From the NCBI GenBank assembly GCA_002269645.1, contig NIVC01003942.1, positions 1-38,400 on the forward strand: 38,400 nucleotides of DNA, read 5' to 3'. Position 1 is the first letter of the stretch. Every line of letters starts with the position of its first letter. A program made the translations under genes and the position numbers. The notes beneath the pieces were generated by a model. That model searched no databases and had not been told where the DNA came from. It saw only the letters and a program-made list of their open reading frames with translations. This DNA comes from Macrostomum lignano (taxonomy: Eukaryota). Below, piece after piece: positions 1 to 12,426 of this stretch.

Positions 1-699
1 GTTCAGTTTACTGACTTACAACTTGTAATAACTGGATAGCCAGCTTCAAGTATTCATGCTATGGCTGGGTATGGATAAAGCGAGCTCAGTTACCTGTATT
101 CTGCGACCTGCACAAATTGTGTACCTGAGTTCGCCCACTGCACGAATCGCTATTCTCACAGTCCCATAGTGACTCAGTCTGTCCCATCAAAGCCATATAG
201 CCATTAAAATGCAGAACTGCATGCGTAAAAGACGCTTTTACATCTGCTGTTGGCTGTGGCGGCGAGTTAGTTTAACTTTTGGCTTGTTGGAAAGGATGAG
301 AAAGAAGAACACAGCTCACACCCGCTGTCATAAACTGTGTTTTGTTTGCTTTCGCTGCTGACCTGCTGCGCTCATGTCTGCTTTTATTTGACACTCAAGT
401 TAATGGTCCCTCAGCGCCGCATTGAGACAATACAGTGCCAGTTGAGCCACCAGATACTGCCTGCCTTTACCTTGCACCTTGTGCTTTGGTGAGAACAGAC
501 AACACGCCCTGTCGTAAAATGTGTTGCATAAAAATTAATAGAAATGATTTGGTAGCCAAGTGTGTTTAGTGGACTCTGGTTACATGCACGGTAGCTTTGG
601 CTGCTTGTTTAGCGATATTCCCTGTTCTTAGAATGAGCCCCGAGAGTTCACAGCAGCACAGAAGTTATCAAAGTTGCAGTCAACAACTCATCAACTTAC

Positions 700-828
700 T
701 CGATGGGTCACGGAAGTCGGAGATGAGTGCCGCTGCTGCTGCTGGTGCAGGTGGTGCTGGTGCGCTTCGCCGCTCACCTTGCCGGTGGGCGTCGAGTTTG
801 TCGGAGTCAGCGAGCTGATGGATGTCAT
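700..828 (-). CDS. First coding exon of an unidentified gene continuing beyond the left edge (MTSISSLTPTNSTPTGKVSGEAHQHHLHQQQQRHSSPTSVTHR)
   Basis: GCCGCC-ATG Kozak context at 828; 43 GC3-rich codons; ends exactly at a phase-0 GTAAGT donor (699-694); His/Gln tract. Not listed in the ORF track. No family recognised. Confidence 0.75.
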
Positions 829-1949
829 GGCGGCTTCGTGGTTAGAGAGAGAGAGAAGAGAAGAGAGTCGAGCTCAGGTTCGGGTCTGGAGGCGCTGGCA
901 CCCACAGGTCTCAGTCTCTGTCTGTCTGTCTCTCAAGGTGGCTCTCGGCGGGCCCTGATTTTAATTGACACCGCGGCCAAAGAGTTTGACGCCAAACCCA
1001 AAAGTTCGCCGCAACCCGCACCCAACCCAACCCCTTAGCCGCTCCTGCTGGCGTTGCCTGGGGTGGAGCTGGGTTGGGGGCCTCGGAGACCTGCTCCGAG
1101 CATCATTGGCTGCTTGCGAACCAATGGCTGCCGTCCCCCTCTCTCTCTGCTCTCTCCATTAAGCCCCGCGGATATGTGCGGCTGGTGTTAATTAACAAAC
1201 AACTTTTACAAACGCTTAACATGCATGTCTACACCGCTACTGCTGGGCAATGCGAATCCCCCTCCCTCATCGCCCAGCCTCTCCGCTTGCGCAATCCGAG
1301 TCGGTCCGGGCTATCAGGGGGGATTTTTAGTGTTTTCTCCCCAGAATTGGAGCAAAACAATTGTGTGCCCCCGGGGCCCGACAAGGGAGAGTCGCAGATG
1401 GAGCGAAGGAGAATCTGGGAGAGTCTGGGAGCGGGCAACAACAAAGAGGTCGCGCCACTTATTATTATTATAACTGGGACCCCGGTAACTGTTCGGTGAA
1501 AGTTTGCCGCGCCACTCAATGTTGCAAACAGCCAGTCGGGACACCCGCAGGCGCCTTCGCCATCAACCTCGGGGGCCACTCAGCGCCGCAGCAGCCAAGG
1601 GCTTGGCGGGCCTCTCTGCCAGCTCTCCAGCTGTGTTGCTAGGTCGGGTCCTGGGGCAATTGGCAGGACCATGCAGCAGTCCTTTTGGGTTCAAGAGGAC
1701 TTTCCAATTCTTTGGGGCCAAATCTGACAATTATGAGAGCAACAGATGAGAGATGAATAGCGGAGGTGCAGCGCCCAGGTGTCTTTTTTGAGGCAGTTTC
1801 AGCCAAACTCTTTGAATCCGACTCCCCTTCTACTTCAATTTTAATTTCTCAGCCATGCCTCTCCTGTCTTCTCACTCTGCGGCTCCTCTTTGCCACTTCT
1901 CACTCCGGTCTCTGCTTATCTTCGTGCTTCTCCACGTGCCTCATAGTTC

Positions 1950-3110
1950 TTCCTCTCTCCCCCATGTCTGCCTTCCCTCCCCCCTCTCTCTCTCATGTCT
2001 GCCTTCCCCTCCCCCCTCTCCCTCATGTCTGCCTTCCCCTCCCCCTCTCTCCCTCATGTCTGCCTTCCCCTCCCCCCTCTCTCCCTCATGTCTGCCTTCC
2101 CCTCCCCCCTCTCCTCATATCTGCCTTCCCCTCTCCCCCTCTCTCCCTCATGTCTGCCTTCCCTCTCCCCTCTCTCCCTCATGTCTGCCTTCCCCTCCCC
2201 CTCTCTCCCTCATGTCTGCCTTCCCCTCCCCCTCTCTCCCTCATATCTGCATTCCTCTCCCCCCTCTCTCCCTCATATCTGCATTCCTCTCCCCCTCTCT
2301 CCCTCATATCTGCCTTCCCTCTCCCCCTCTCTCCCTCATATCTGCCTTCCCCTCTCCCCCTCTCTCCCTCATCTCTGCCTTCCCCTCTCCCCCTCTCTCC
2401 CTCATCTCTGCCTTCCCCTCCCCCCTCTCTCCCTCATATCTGCCTTCCCCTCTCCCCCTCTCTCCCTCATATCTGCCTTCCCCTCTCCCCCTCTCTCCCT
2501 CATGTCTGCCTTCCCCTCCCCCCTCTCTCCCTCATGTCTGCCTTCCCCTCCCCCTCTCCCTCATGTCTGCCTTCCCCTCCCCCTCTCTCCCTCATGTCTG
2601 CCTTCCCCTTCCCCTCTCTCCCTCATATCTGCCTTCCCCTCTCCCCCTCTCTCCCTCATGTCTGCATTCCTCTCCCCCTCTCCCCTCATATCTGCCTTCC
2701 CCTCTCCCCTCTCTCCCTCATATCTGCCTTCCCTCTCCCCTCTCTCCCTCATCTCTGCCTTCCCCTCTCCCCTCTCTCCCTCATCTCTGCCTTCCCCTCT
2801 CCCCCTCTCTCCCTCATATCTGCATTCCCCTCTCCCCTCTCTCCCTCATGTCTGCCTTCCCCTCCCCCTCTCTCCCTCATGTCTGCCTTCCCCTCTCCCT
2901 CTCTCCCTCATCTCTGCCTTCCCCTCCCCCTCTCTCTCCTCATCTCTGCCTTCCCCTCTCCCCCTCTCTCCCTCATATCTGCATTCCCCTCTCCCCTCTC
3001 TCCCTCATATCTGCCTTCCCCTCCCTCCCTCTCTCCCTCATCTCTGCCTTCCCCTCTCCCTCTCTCCCTCATCTCTGTCCATCTCTCCCCTTTCGTCTCT
3101 ATCCCATATC
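1950..3110. repeat. C/T-rich minisatellite, ~30-32-nt unit (CTCTCCCTCATGTCTGCCTTCCCCTCCCCC-like)
   Basis: Tandem imperfect copies read directly; explains the Ser/Pro/Leu ORFs open in all three + frames. Confidence 0.95.
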
Positions 3111-3803
3111 TATTTCTTTGTCCGTTAATTATCATTTAATTTTTTTCTTTTTCTTCAAGTGCTTCCATCCTTAGTTTCCCCTAACGAGCAGCCTACCCAT
3201 TAGTTGAACTTGCATAAACAAAGCAGGACTGTTTTAAGCAGCAGTTTAAAAACTGAAGAGCTGAACTATTAACCTGTAGATGGCGCTTGCCGATGCTATC
3301 CAGCCACTGTGTTGCGTCAGCTAGCATTGTTAACAGGCGGCATAGCAACCGCATGGAAACGCGCTATATTCGCACACACACATGGCAATGGGTGCAGTGA
3401 CAGCCGTGCATCCGCAGGAGGCAGACTGTTCAGCCCCATATTTCGCCGCCCTCAAACTTACCTGACAGACATGCGGAGTCGCGCACATTTCATTCCTGTT
3501 CGGACGCAATCAGAGCATTGTCTCCGAGCGCCTCAGAGGCCCTGACCACTCATTGTCAACAACTGCCTGCCCCCACCCAACAGCTGTCAATCATAAATCA
3601 TACTGCAGGGCTGCAAACAATTAGAAAGTTGAAAGGGAAAGGTGATTTAGTGGCCTGCCTGCCATGACCTTCGTGTCATCAGAGGATGTGCGACTTGTGA
3701 TCACGTGTCGACAGTAGCAGTCAAGTAAAGATCTCATTTCCTGCCTGCCTCATGAAAAAATTATGAATTTGTGATTAAACATTGCTGATCCCCGACCGAA
3801 ACA

Positions 3804-4189
3804 CTCAGTCACAGATCTCTGAACTCCTCAGTCACAGATCTCTGAACTCCTCAGTCACAGATCTCTGAACTCCTCAGTCACAGATCTCTGAAATCCTCAG
3901 TCACAGATCTCTGAAATCCTCAGTCACAGATTTCTGAACTCCTCAGTCACAGATCTCTGAAATCCTCAGTCACAGATCTCTGAAATCCTCAGTCACAGAT
4001 CTCTGAAATCCTCAGTCACAGATCTCTGAAATCCTCAGTCACAGATTTCTGAACTCCTCAGTCACAGATCTCTGAACTCCTCAGTCACAGATCTCTGAAA
4101 TCCTCAGTCACAGATCTCTGAAATCCTCAGTCACAGATCTGATGCCCTCAGTCACAGATCTCTCAAATCTCCAGTCACAGATCTCTGAA
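3804..4189. repeat. 23-nt minisatellite CTCAGTCACAGATCTCTGAA(C/A)TC, ~17 copies
   Basis: Direct tandem copies, no unique spacers. Confidence 0.95.
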
Positions 4190-5090
4190 GACTCTGAGAA
4201 CACTCCAAAATCATCATTGAATTTCATAGAAAATCCCTTCTGATCAGGAAAATGAGTTTGATTTTTTAAATTTTAACCCTCATGAAAATTTTAATCTCCG
4301 ATGAGCCATGAAGGTGAAAAACCCCCCCTGCTTAATCCTTTGTTTTATCCTCTCATGCACAGGGATCGCATGCGGGATTGGGGATGAGTGAGACCTGCTG
4401 GGATTCCGAGAACTCCATCCAAATCCCATTTATGACAATGCGAAACAATGAACAATTTTTTCAAGACCTCACAGCTGAGACGAAAATGTCATTTCCCTGT
4501 CAAATCAAGTGGCAAATTTCTGCGCAAAGATAAATATGGGCCCTGCATGCGCCTCGCTGTGATCAGAAACCGCAAACATCACCTCGGCAACCAACTCTGT
4601 TTACTCAAGCGGTTGAGCAGGACTCAGACAGATCCCCTTCGCGAGCCCCCATTCCCCTTTCCCGAAGAATCCCAAATTAAAAACAGTGCCCATCTGGGTG
4701 GTCTGATCCCAATTTCTGCCACTTGCTCGGCAAACATTGCGGCTGCCGTTGGTCATTCAACACATTTGGGGCCGAGTCGAAGTCTTTGTTTTGCGACAAC
4801 TCTTTGTGTGTGCGGTTGACCTGCCGGGCGTCACGTGTGAGAAGTTAATGGCCTAAATAGGCTGCCCCGTTGGGTTGCTCAGCGGCAAGATTTGAACAAA
4901 GATTAGCGACTTAAAATGGTCGTTAATAACATGAGCAAAGAGATTTCACTCTGCCACTTGTTTGGATTTTCACAGCTCAACAGCTGACAGATACTCCGCG
5001 GGCTGCAGTTGGCAACAGTGTTCTTGGGGACAAGTCTCCGACTGAGGATTAAAGTAACCAGGGGGGGGGGAGTACAGGAATTCCTAGGGC

Positions 5091-5946
5091 TGTCAGATCC
5101 CAGAATAGCACCGTCAGATCCGAGAATGGCACCGTCAGATCCGCGAATGGCACCGTCAGATCAGAGAATGGCACCGTCAGATCCGCGAATGGCACCGTCA
5201 GATCAGAGAATGGCATCGTCAGATCCGAGAATGGCACCGTCAGATCCGAGAATGGCACCGTCAGATCCGAGAACGGCACCGTCAGATCCCAGAATGGCAC
5301 CGTCAGATCCGAGAATGGCACCGTCAGATCCGAGAATGGCACCGTCAGATCCGAGAACGGCACCGTCAGATCCCAGAATGGCACCGTCAGATCCGAGAAT
5401 GGCACCGTCAGATCCGCGAATGGCACCGTCAGATCAGAGAATGGCACCGTCAGATCCGCGAATGGCACCGTCAGATCCGAGAATGGCACCGTCAGATCCC
5501 AGAATGGCACCGTCAGATCCCAGAATGACACCGTCAGATCCGAGAACGGCACCGTCAGATCCCAGAATGGCACCGTCAGATCCCAGAATGACACCGTCAG
5601 ATCCCAGAATGGCACCGTCAGATCCGAGAATGGCACCGTCAGATCCGAGAATGGCACCGTCAGATCCGAGAATGGCACCGTCAGATCCGAGAATGGCACC
5701 GTCAGATCCGAGAATGGCACCATCAGATCCGAGAATGGCACCGTCAGATTCGAGAATGGCACCGTCAGATCCCAGAATGGCACCGTCAGATGAGAGAATG
5801 ACACCGTCAGATCCGAGAATGGCACCGTCAGTCTTGAGAATGGCACCGTCAGATCCGAGAATGGCACCGTCAGATCCGAGAATGACACCGTCAGATCCGA
5901 GAATGGCACCATCAGATCCGAGAATGGCACCGTCAGATCCGAGAAC
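5091..5946. repeat. 21-nt minisatellite TGGCACCGTCAGATCCGAGAA, ~40 copies
   Basis: Direct tandem copies; produces the (MAPSDPR)n and (DLTVPFS)n ORFs. Confidence 0.95.
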
Positions 5947-7225
5947 ACCCGAATGTCAAGAAAGCGGCAGGAAGGACTGTCTGACAAATGCCCCAGAGAC
6001 CATAAAAGGTATTAATTGTCATGTCGTTCGTGATGTACAAAGTAACAATTTTCTGATCGAGAATTCCTTCATGTCCGCCTGAACAGTATTGAAAATATGC
6101 GGCCAGATATTCAGAGGAAATCACGAACAGAGGAGACCCAGCATGCGCCATAGAAATCAGCCTAGGAACTCGCCACTTCGAGTCCTATAGCAGTGATTGC
6201 TTCCAAGCACGGAAGAGGACAGGAGCAAAAGAAAGCAGAGATGTTGCGCACGCACTACAGCTCTGAGGTCATTATTCCCAACCCAGACGGAGGCGTGCTT
6301 ACATATAATTATCAGAAGCCAGAACTCATCACTCTCTCTTAGTTTCCAGCGTAAATATTAACTCACCCGATGGGGTGTTTCCTAGAAAGAGTGCGTGGGG
6401 ATGGGAGGCCCCCCTGCGGGAGGGAGGTGACGTTGGGCGAGAGTTAAATAGAAAGATTTGTGCTGAGCGAGCAAAAGGTTATTATAATAATGGCTTGACT
6501 GCGATTGAAGGTGAGTGGGGGCGGGCGGTAGATGAGGGGGGGAGACTCGATCGAGAGGGGGGGGGGCGGAGTCGGTAAATGATGTTTAACTTGGCTGGCA
6601 ACTAAGGTTTACAATATATTGGAGCACAATGGCGAGAGGGCGAGTTCGGTGTTGGCCCCATTGTGCTTGCGGCGCGTGACAATCACAGATGGGGGAAAGT
6701 CGGGCAGGCAGAAAACTTGCTTTGGCTCTTTATGCCTTGAGGAAAATTGGATAATTTTCGGAATTGCGGCCTATAGTTTTGCTTTTTTGTTGTTTCCATG
6801 ATTTTCTCAGCAATTATGCACCGAAAGTTCAGCATTGCATTTTGATTTCTAACAAAAAATATCGTTTCATTCATTAATTGGGAGCGCATATTAGGTGCGA
6901 ATAGAATTAGCTAATTTATTGCTAACTGCAGGTCAAATGAAATATGGGAATTTAATATGCGCTGAGTTTTTACTGCCGGTTTTTTCCGCCTTGCCAACCA
7001 TTTTTGTGAGTCGGATTGCTCATCTGAGCCTTTTATTTCATATTGGGTTCGAGACTAAACAGGTTCAGTCAATTCCGAGTGTCTATCAGCTGTCTGTCAG
7101 TTGTCTGTCAGTTGCTGTCAGCTGTTTACCTGTCATTTTTAGCATATTGGATTGTCGATCTGTGTCTGACAGGTTTCTGAGAGCTCTGAACATGCTTCTG
7201 TGAAGTCCTGTCCCCTTCGAATATC

Positions 7226-8281
7226 TTCCTGACAGCTCCTGACATCTCCGATCTTGTTCCTGACAGCTCCTGACATCTCCGATCTTGTTCCTGACAGCTC
7301 CTGACATCTCCGATCTTGTTCCTGACAGCTCCTGACATCTCCGATCTTGTTCCTGACAGCTCCTGACATCTCCGATCTTGTTCCTGACAGCTCCTGACAT
7401 CTCCGATCTTGTTCCTGACAGCTCCTGACATCTCCGATCTTGTTCCTGACAGCTCCTGACATCTCCGATCTTGTTCCTGACAGCTCCTGACATCTCCGAT
7501 CTTGTTCCTGACAGCTCCTGACATCTCCGATCTTGTTCCTGACAGCTCCTGACATCTCCGATCTTGCTCCTGACAGCTCCTGACATCTCCGATCTTGTTC
7601 CTGACAGCTCCTGACATCTCCGATCTTGTTCCTGACAGCTCCTGACATCTCCGATCTTGCTCCTGACAGCTCCTGACATCTCCGATCTTGTTCCTGACAG
7701 CTCCTGACATCTCCGATCTTGTTCCTGACAGCTCCTGACATCTCCGATTCGGTTCCTGACAGCTCTTGACAGTTCCAGTCTGGTTCCTGACAGCCCTAAT
7801 CTGGTTCCTGACAGCCCTGATCTGGTTCCTAACAGCCCTGATCTGGTTCCTGACAGCCCTGATCTGGTTCCTGACAGCCCTGATCTGGTTCCTGACCCTG
7901 ACAGCTCTGATCTGGTTCCTGACAGCTCTGATCTGGTTCCTGATCCTGACAGCTCTGATCTGGTTCCTGACAGATCTGATTTGGTTCCTCCTGACAGCCC
8001 TGATCTGGTTCCTGACAGCAGCTCTGATCTGGTTCCTGACAGCCCTGATCTGGTTCCTGACAGCCCTGATCTGGTTCCTGACAGCCCTGATCTGGTTCCT
8101 GACAGCTCTGATCTGGTTCCTGATCCTGACAGCTCTGATCTGGTTCCTGACAGCTCTGATTTGGTTCCTCCTGACAGTCCTGATCTGGTTCCTGATAGCC
8201 CTGATCTGGTTTCTGACAGCTCTGATTTGGTTCCTGACAGCTCTGATCTGGTTCCTGACAGCTCTGATTTGGTTCCTGACA
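7226..8281. repeat. Compound minisatellite: 31-nt CCTGACAGCTCCTGACATCTCCGATCTTGTT (~17 copies, to ~7770), then 21-nt CCTGACAGC(C/T)CTGATCTGGTT (to 8281)
   Basis: Both units read directly, with an abrupt switch near 7770-7783. Confidence 0.95.
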
Positions 8282-9307
8282 TCTTTCGGACACTTTATGA
8301 CCGTTAATAGTAGCTCTTAAAGCTCCTGACAATGCGCCAGAAAAGGTTGCTCCTTTCAATACCCACACTAACACGTATTCTTAGAAACCCATTTCTTAGT
8401 TTATGAAGTTGAGAGTTGTGGCAGTCAAGCAATCAAGCAGTTCATTACGCAGAACTGTAGCGCAGCTGGCGCTGACTGCAACCAACTGTCTATGGCCCGA
8501 ACCGCTCTCTCTAGGCTGGACTGAGGAGGGAGGAGGTCGAAGGTCGAGGGCGCTACGATGGCGCAATGTCCTCATCAGGGAAGGGGATCTAGTCAGCCAG
8601 CCAAGAGTGAAGACCGACCCCCAGTCAGCCTGAGGGTCCCCGTTCCCAATTTTTAGTCACCAAGGCGATGGATAGGAGGCCTTTTTGGGCGGAGGTTCGA
8701 ATGTTCGAATATCAGCTTGTTTGGCCTGTTATCATCGAATCTAGCCCCCCCCTCTAAGCCGGGCCCACAGGACAAAAAAATAACAGAATTCCTCAAGCGG
8801 GGGTTGAGCATAGCAGGGGAGAGCAACCACTTGAAGAGGTGGCGGGCTGCGCACAAAGGCAAAAGACTCGGCACACAAAACAGGCTTTTTTGTCAAGAGG
8901 CCGGATGATACGAGGGATGATGAGGGGGTCCTGATCTGCATCATTTAGCCGTTTCGCCTTCGGGGCAAATCCGCAAGAACGGACAGACGGAGATGATTGA
9001 CGGGATATTATATAGGACTCGAGCCCGGGGCAACACATGGCGCCTCGTGCCCCTCGCTAGTCGAATATCGACATGCGCCTCCACAAGTAATTTTTTCACC
9101 GCCACAACAGCCGAGACTCTTTTTGTACATTTCCCTATTGTTGAATTGGGATTTGTATGGATGCAACAGCTTGCCCATCAATTGTCAATGTAAGAAATGC
9201 TGTAACGATTACGATTTATCATTGATGCTTAAAAAGCAAAGGTTTTAATTTAAAGTGACTTCCTGTACTGTACGATTAAAAACGTTAGTTGTATCCTTTG
9301 TAAGTAA

Positions 9308-9378
9308 GCATCGGTGGTTCAGTGGTAGAATGCTCGCCTGCCACGCGGGCGGCCCGGGTTCGATTCCCGGCCGATGCA
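9308..9378 (+). tRNA. tRNA-Gly-GCC: tRNA-Gly, anticodon GCC
   Basis: GCATCGG/CCGATGC acceptor stem, D-arm GGTTCAGTGGTAGAATGC, anticodon loop CTGCCAC, T-arm GGTTCGATTCC, discriminator A; matches the canonical 71-nt invertebrate tRNA-Gly(GCC). Confidence 0.98.
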
Positions 9379-9380
9379 AC

Positions 9381-9386
9381 TTTTTT
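9381..9386 (+). terminator. RNA polymerase III oligo(T) terminator
   Basis: T6 run starting 3 nt after the tRNA 3' end. Confidence 0.8.
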
Positions 9387-12123
9387 ATGCAGGAATTTCG
9401 ATTAAACAGTTTTTATTTATTTAAAATTTGATTAGTTAATTCGAAAACTCTCTAATCCAAAATCCAAAAACAAAACTCTTGTTTTACAATGGTGGAATCG
9501 CTTGAATTTTCTTGATGTGTAGGTATAAATCTACATGATCATGGTCATGATGCATGATCGACGATAAACACAAACACGGTGCGGTGCGATCTTGGTCTTG
9601 ATCAAAACTCAAAAGGTATGCAAATTGCAATTTCAATTTGCATGATATAGAAATGAATTTAACTATAAAAATTTTTTGGATGGTTGGCTTTGCTTGCTAG
9701 CTGGCTACTGCTACTATCAATTTAGTATTAGACTAGAGCGTTATGGACAAGCATACAAATATTAGAGATTTAGTATATTTAGATTTAGTTAACAACTGAA
9801 AGCAAAGCACTAGGTATTTGTATCTGTGATTTGTTAAAACTTGCGCAATATTCATTAAAATTGCTAGAAATATCCAATATTACATATAGTATTTAATAGC
9901 TTGCACTGCAATCAATCAAAATCATTCGAAAATTATTCTTAAATAAGTGTTTTAACTGATTCTTCACTGAGACAAATAATTTATATTAGCCATCTTTATA
10001 AACTCGTCCTTTTTTAATCCCCGACTATTGATAGTACGAAAAAACGATTTACACAACATATCGGACACAACAAAAACTGCACATTCAGCAATAACTAGAT
10101 AAATCTTGATTTTCTCTCTTATTTTTAACAAGCTAAGTATGAGCTGCCTGGCCTGCTGTTACACTGAAGCTCTACAGTTGTGGTTAGGGGCCATTAGCTG
10201 TGCTCCGCCGTCGGACCTCGGGTCTCCAATTACACGCCTCCGAAATTCACATTTTAATAAATACAAGCTATCAGGCCATGGCTTGTTGTCAGCCAACCCA
10301 GCTCAAATGCAGACACATGAGAGGCGGGCTGGCCAGGCAGAGGGGGGTCGCCCTTGACGCGTGGCGTCTCTTGACTCGACTGTCTCTGCTGGCCGGGGGT
10401 GGCCCGCTCTCACGCTGGGAGAGGCAGCTCCGCAGCCCAGTGCTCGGACACAGGCCAGACACGCCAACAGTGAAGGGCCGCCGTAAGCTCTGCGGAGATA
10501 TTTAGTAAGAAATGCGACTTAGTTATTATTTGACGCCGGGGTCAAATTTCCCGCCGCTTGATCCCCCCGTGCCGAATGGAGGGGCAGAGGGCGGTCTTGA
10601 TTGAGCCCCGAGATTCAGCAGCCCGCGCGCTCCGTGCCAGCGGGGGTTCCGCCCCGAACTCAACTCTCTGCATGCTCAGCAATATAGTCGCGATTTTGAG
10701 TGGGAGATGACGGTGAGAGTTAAAGAGAGAGGCGGAGTGGAGGGGCCGCCATTAATTAGCGCCCGTGGGGCTTCCGCGGTTGGCGGGGCCTCAGATTTTG
10801 TTACAGAGCCGAGCAGGAGCTCAACTCAGGCCAAAAGGTGCCCCCCCAAAATGGAGAGGGCCGGCCCTCCAGCCCAGCTGTTGTCCGAATCAGGCAGAAG
10901 CGGCCTCTCCTTCACTTGGCAACCCGGCATGGGGGAGGCGCGACCCCCACAGGGGGGTTTCGGTAGAGCGAGTCGAGTAGGGGCCCTGAGCAGTGGCGAA
11001 GGCACAAAGCCATGGGAAGAGAAGACTGGGAATCAGTTTAATAGGCACGCGCGTCTCGCCCTCTCGCGCCCGGTCGCTTGGTCCAGTTTTTAGATAAATT
11101 TATCGGAGCATGTTCTTATGCGGCCTACTCACAATCAGTAGGAGAGTGCGCGCCTTTTCATTATTTATCAGAGTTAAGATACTGCGCAGAATTATATAAT
11201 AATTTGGCCAGCGTAGAAAGGAAGTTATTTTATGATTTTGCATATCGGCGAGTAATAAATTATGGAATTAATTTCGCATTTGTCGAAGCGTACAGGAAAT
11301 GCCTCTGTGCCGAGCGCAGGCAAAAAGCAAAAAAATCATCCAACCGTTTTCCTTTTATTAAAATTTCAATATTAGAAAATTCGGTACATTTTTATCACTT
11401 TATCGAGCACGGAAATTATTCACTTTTTCCGTCCCATTTTTTTTCAGTCAGCCATCCAACTAACGGAGCAGACAACCTGCTGTTAAACTTCAGGATCCAA
11501 CCTGGTGATGCTTTCACTGCACTTCTCTGTTTCACCTCCTGGCAGTAGGAATTAGGCAGAGAAAACTTTTGTACGAAAATGCATTGCAAAGTACTTGTTG
11601 GCTTGCGCTGTGCGGCGCAATGGAAACACTGGAAAGTAGGGAAGAAGGGGAGAGGAGGAGGGGAAAGGATCAATACAAGAATAATGACTGTACAGCCCGT
11701 ATAGCCGTGGGGATCGAAGTTGTGTTTGTGGAGGCAGTAAGTAGTACAGTTTAGGGGATCATGATTGCGGAGGGGAGAAATTTAGCGGAGATTTGGGGAG
11801 GTGCGCAGAACCAGATCCCAATTGCTGCACTAGACGGGAATGGAAACGAAGAAGGTCGGCCGGCTGGTTGCTGGGGCGTGGGTGCAGAGCTTGGACAGGC
11901 CTTGCTTGGTGGCGAAAGTCTGACGAACTGCATGTATCCGCTGCAGATGCCCCAGAACCCGTCTTTTGTCTGTATTTCAGCGTACATTGCTGCGCTGCCC
12001 CATACTGGCATTTCAAAATAGTGACTGCGTGCCTCGGTGTGCTGCTGCGATAATATTTGTTCAGTGGGCGCAATAGTGAAGCGTCTACAGATGCTTCTGT
12101 GTTCATTTTGTTCATGCTATCTG

Positions 12124-12426
12124 CATGTGTTCATGCTTTCTGTGTTCATGCTTTCTGTGTTCATGCTTTCTGTGTTCATGCTTTCTGTGTTCATGCTTTC
12201 TGTGTTCATGCTTTCTGTGTTCATGCTTTCTGTGTTCATGCTTTCTGTGTTCATGCTTTCTGTGTTCATGCTTTCTGTGTTCATGCTGTCTCTGTTCATG
12301 CTTTCTGTGTTCATGCTTTCTGTGTTCATGCTTTCTGTGTTCATGCTTTCTGTGTTCATGCTTTCTGTGTTCATGCTTTCTGTGTTCATGCTTTCTGTGT
12401 TCATGCTTTCTGTGTTCATGCTTTCT
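12124..12426. repeat. 15-nt minisatellite TGTGTTCATGCTTTC, ~20 near-perfect copies
   Basis: Direct tandem copies; one variant unit near 12285. Confidence 0.95.

Noticed and set aside
1766-3174. 377-457-aa Ser/Pro/Leu ORFs, and similar ORFs at 7086-8374, 12037-12479, 18632-19773, 21441-22041, 26700-27392, 32022-32781, 34542-35457 and 37262-38169
   Set aside because: They coincide with tandem repeats whose units lack stops, are open in several frames or on both strands, and have no domain content.
3335-3362. RFX X-box-like half sites (ATAGCAAC, ATGGAAAC; also ATGGCAAC near 12606)
   Set aside because: Only half-site matches, not tied to an identified promoter.
3804-4189. CRISPR-like appearance of 20-34-nt repeats with internal palindromes (here and elsewhere)
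   Set aside because: The units are head-to-tail with no unique spacers, there are no cas genes, and the context is eukaryotic.
5009-6082. (MAPSDPR)n heptad ORF reminiscent of the Pol II CTD or a mucin
   Set aside because: It starts at TTG, the 21-nt period keeps frames open on both strands, and the only candidate acceptor (5077) lacks a pyrimidine tract; treated as a non-coding minisatellite.
5078-6172. Weak inverted repeat (GAATTCCTAGGGCTG / CAGCCTAGGAACTC) around the 21-mer array
   Set aside because: Only ~15 nt with a gap and a mismatch, no TSD, and noticed post hoc.
8403-9038. Short ORFs with virus-like fragments (FAPKAKRL; RLRNSVIFLSCGP recalling a parvoviral helicase; QDKKITEFLKR recalling a PIP box)
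   Set aside because: There is no Walker A GK[ST], the frames are fragmentary, and the motifs are too short to support homology without a search.
10320-10500. Possible LINE 3' remnants sharing GCGGGCTGGCC..CGACTGTCT with 33680-33790
   Set aside because: The intervening sequence does not align and no RT, endonuclease or clear CCHC motif is recognisable.
11078-11548. 156-aa ORF (also 26151-26492, 34015-34299 'MGCC...', 13861-14050 and 32760-33130 fragments)
   Set aside because: No recognisable domains, no host-like GC3 bias and no supporting splice structure; likely non-coding or heavily decayed sequence.
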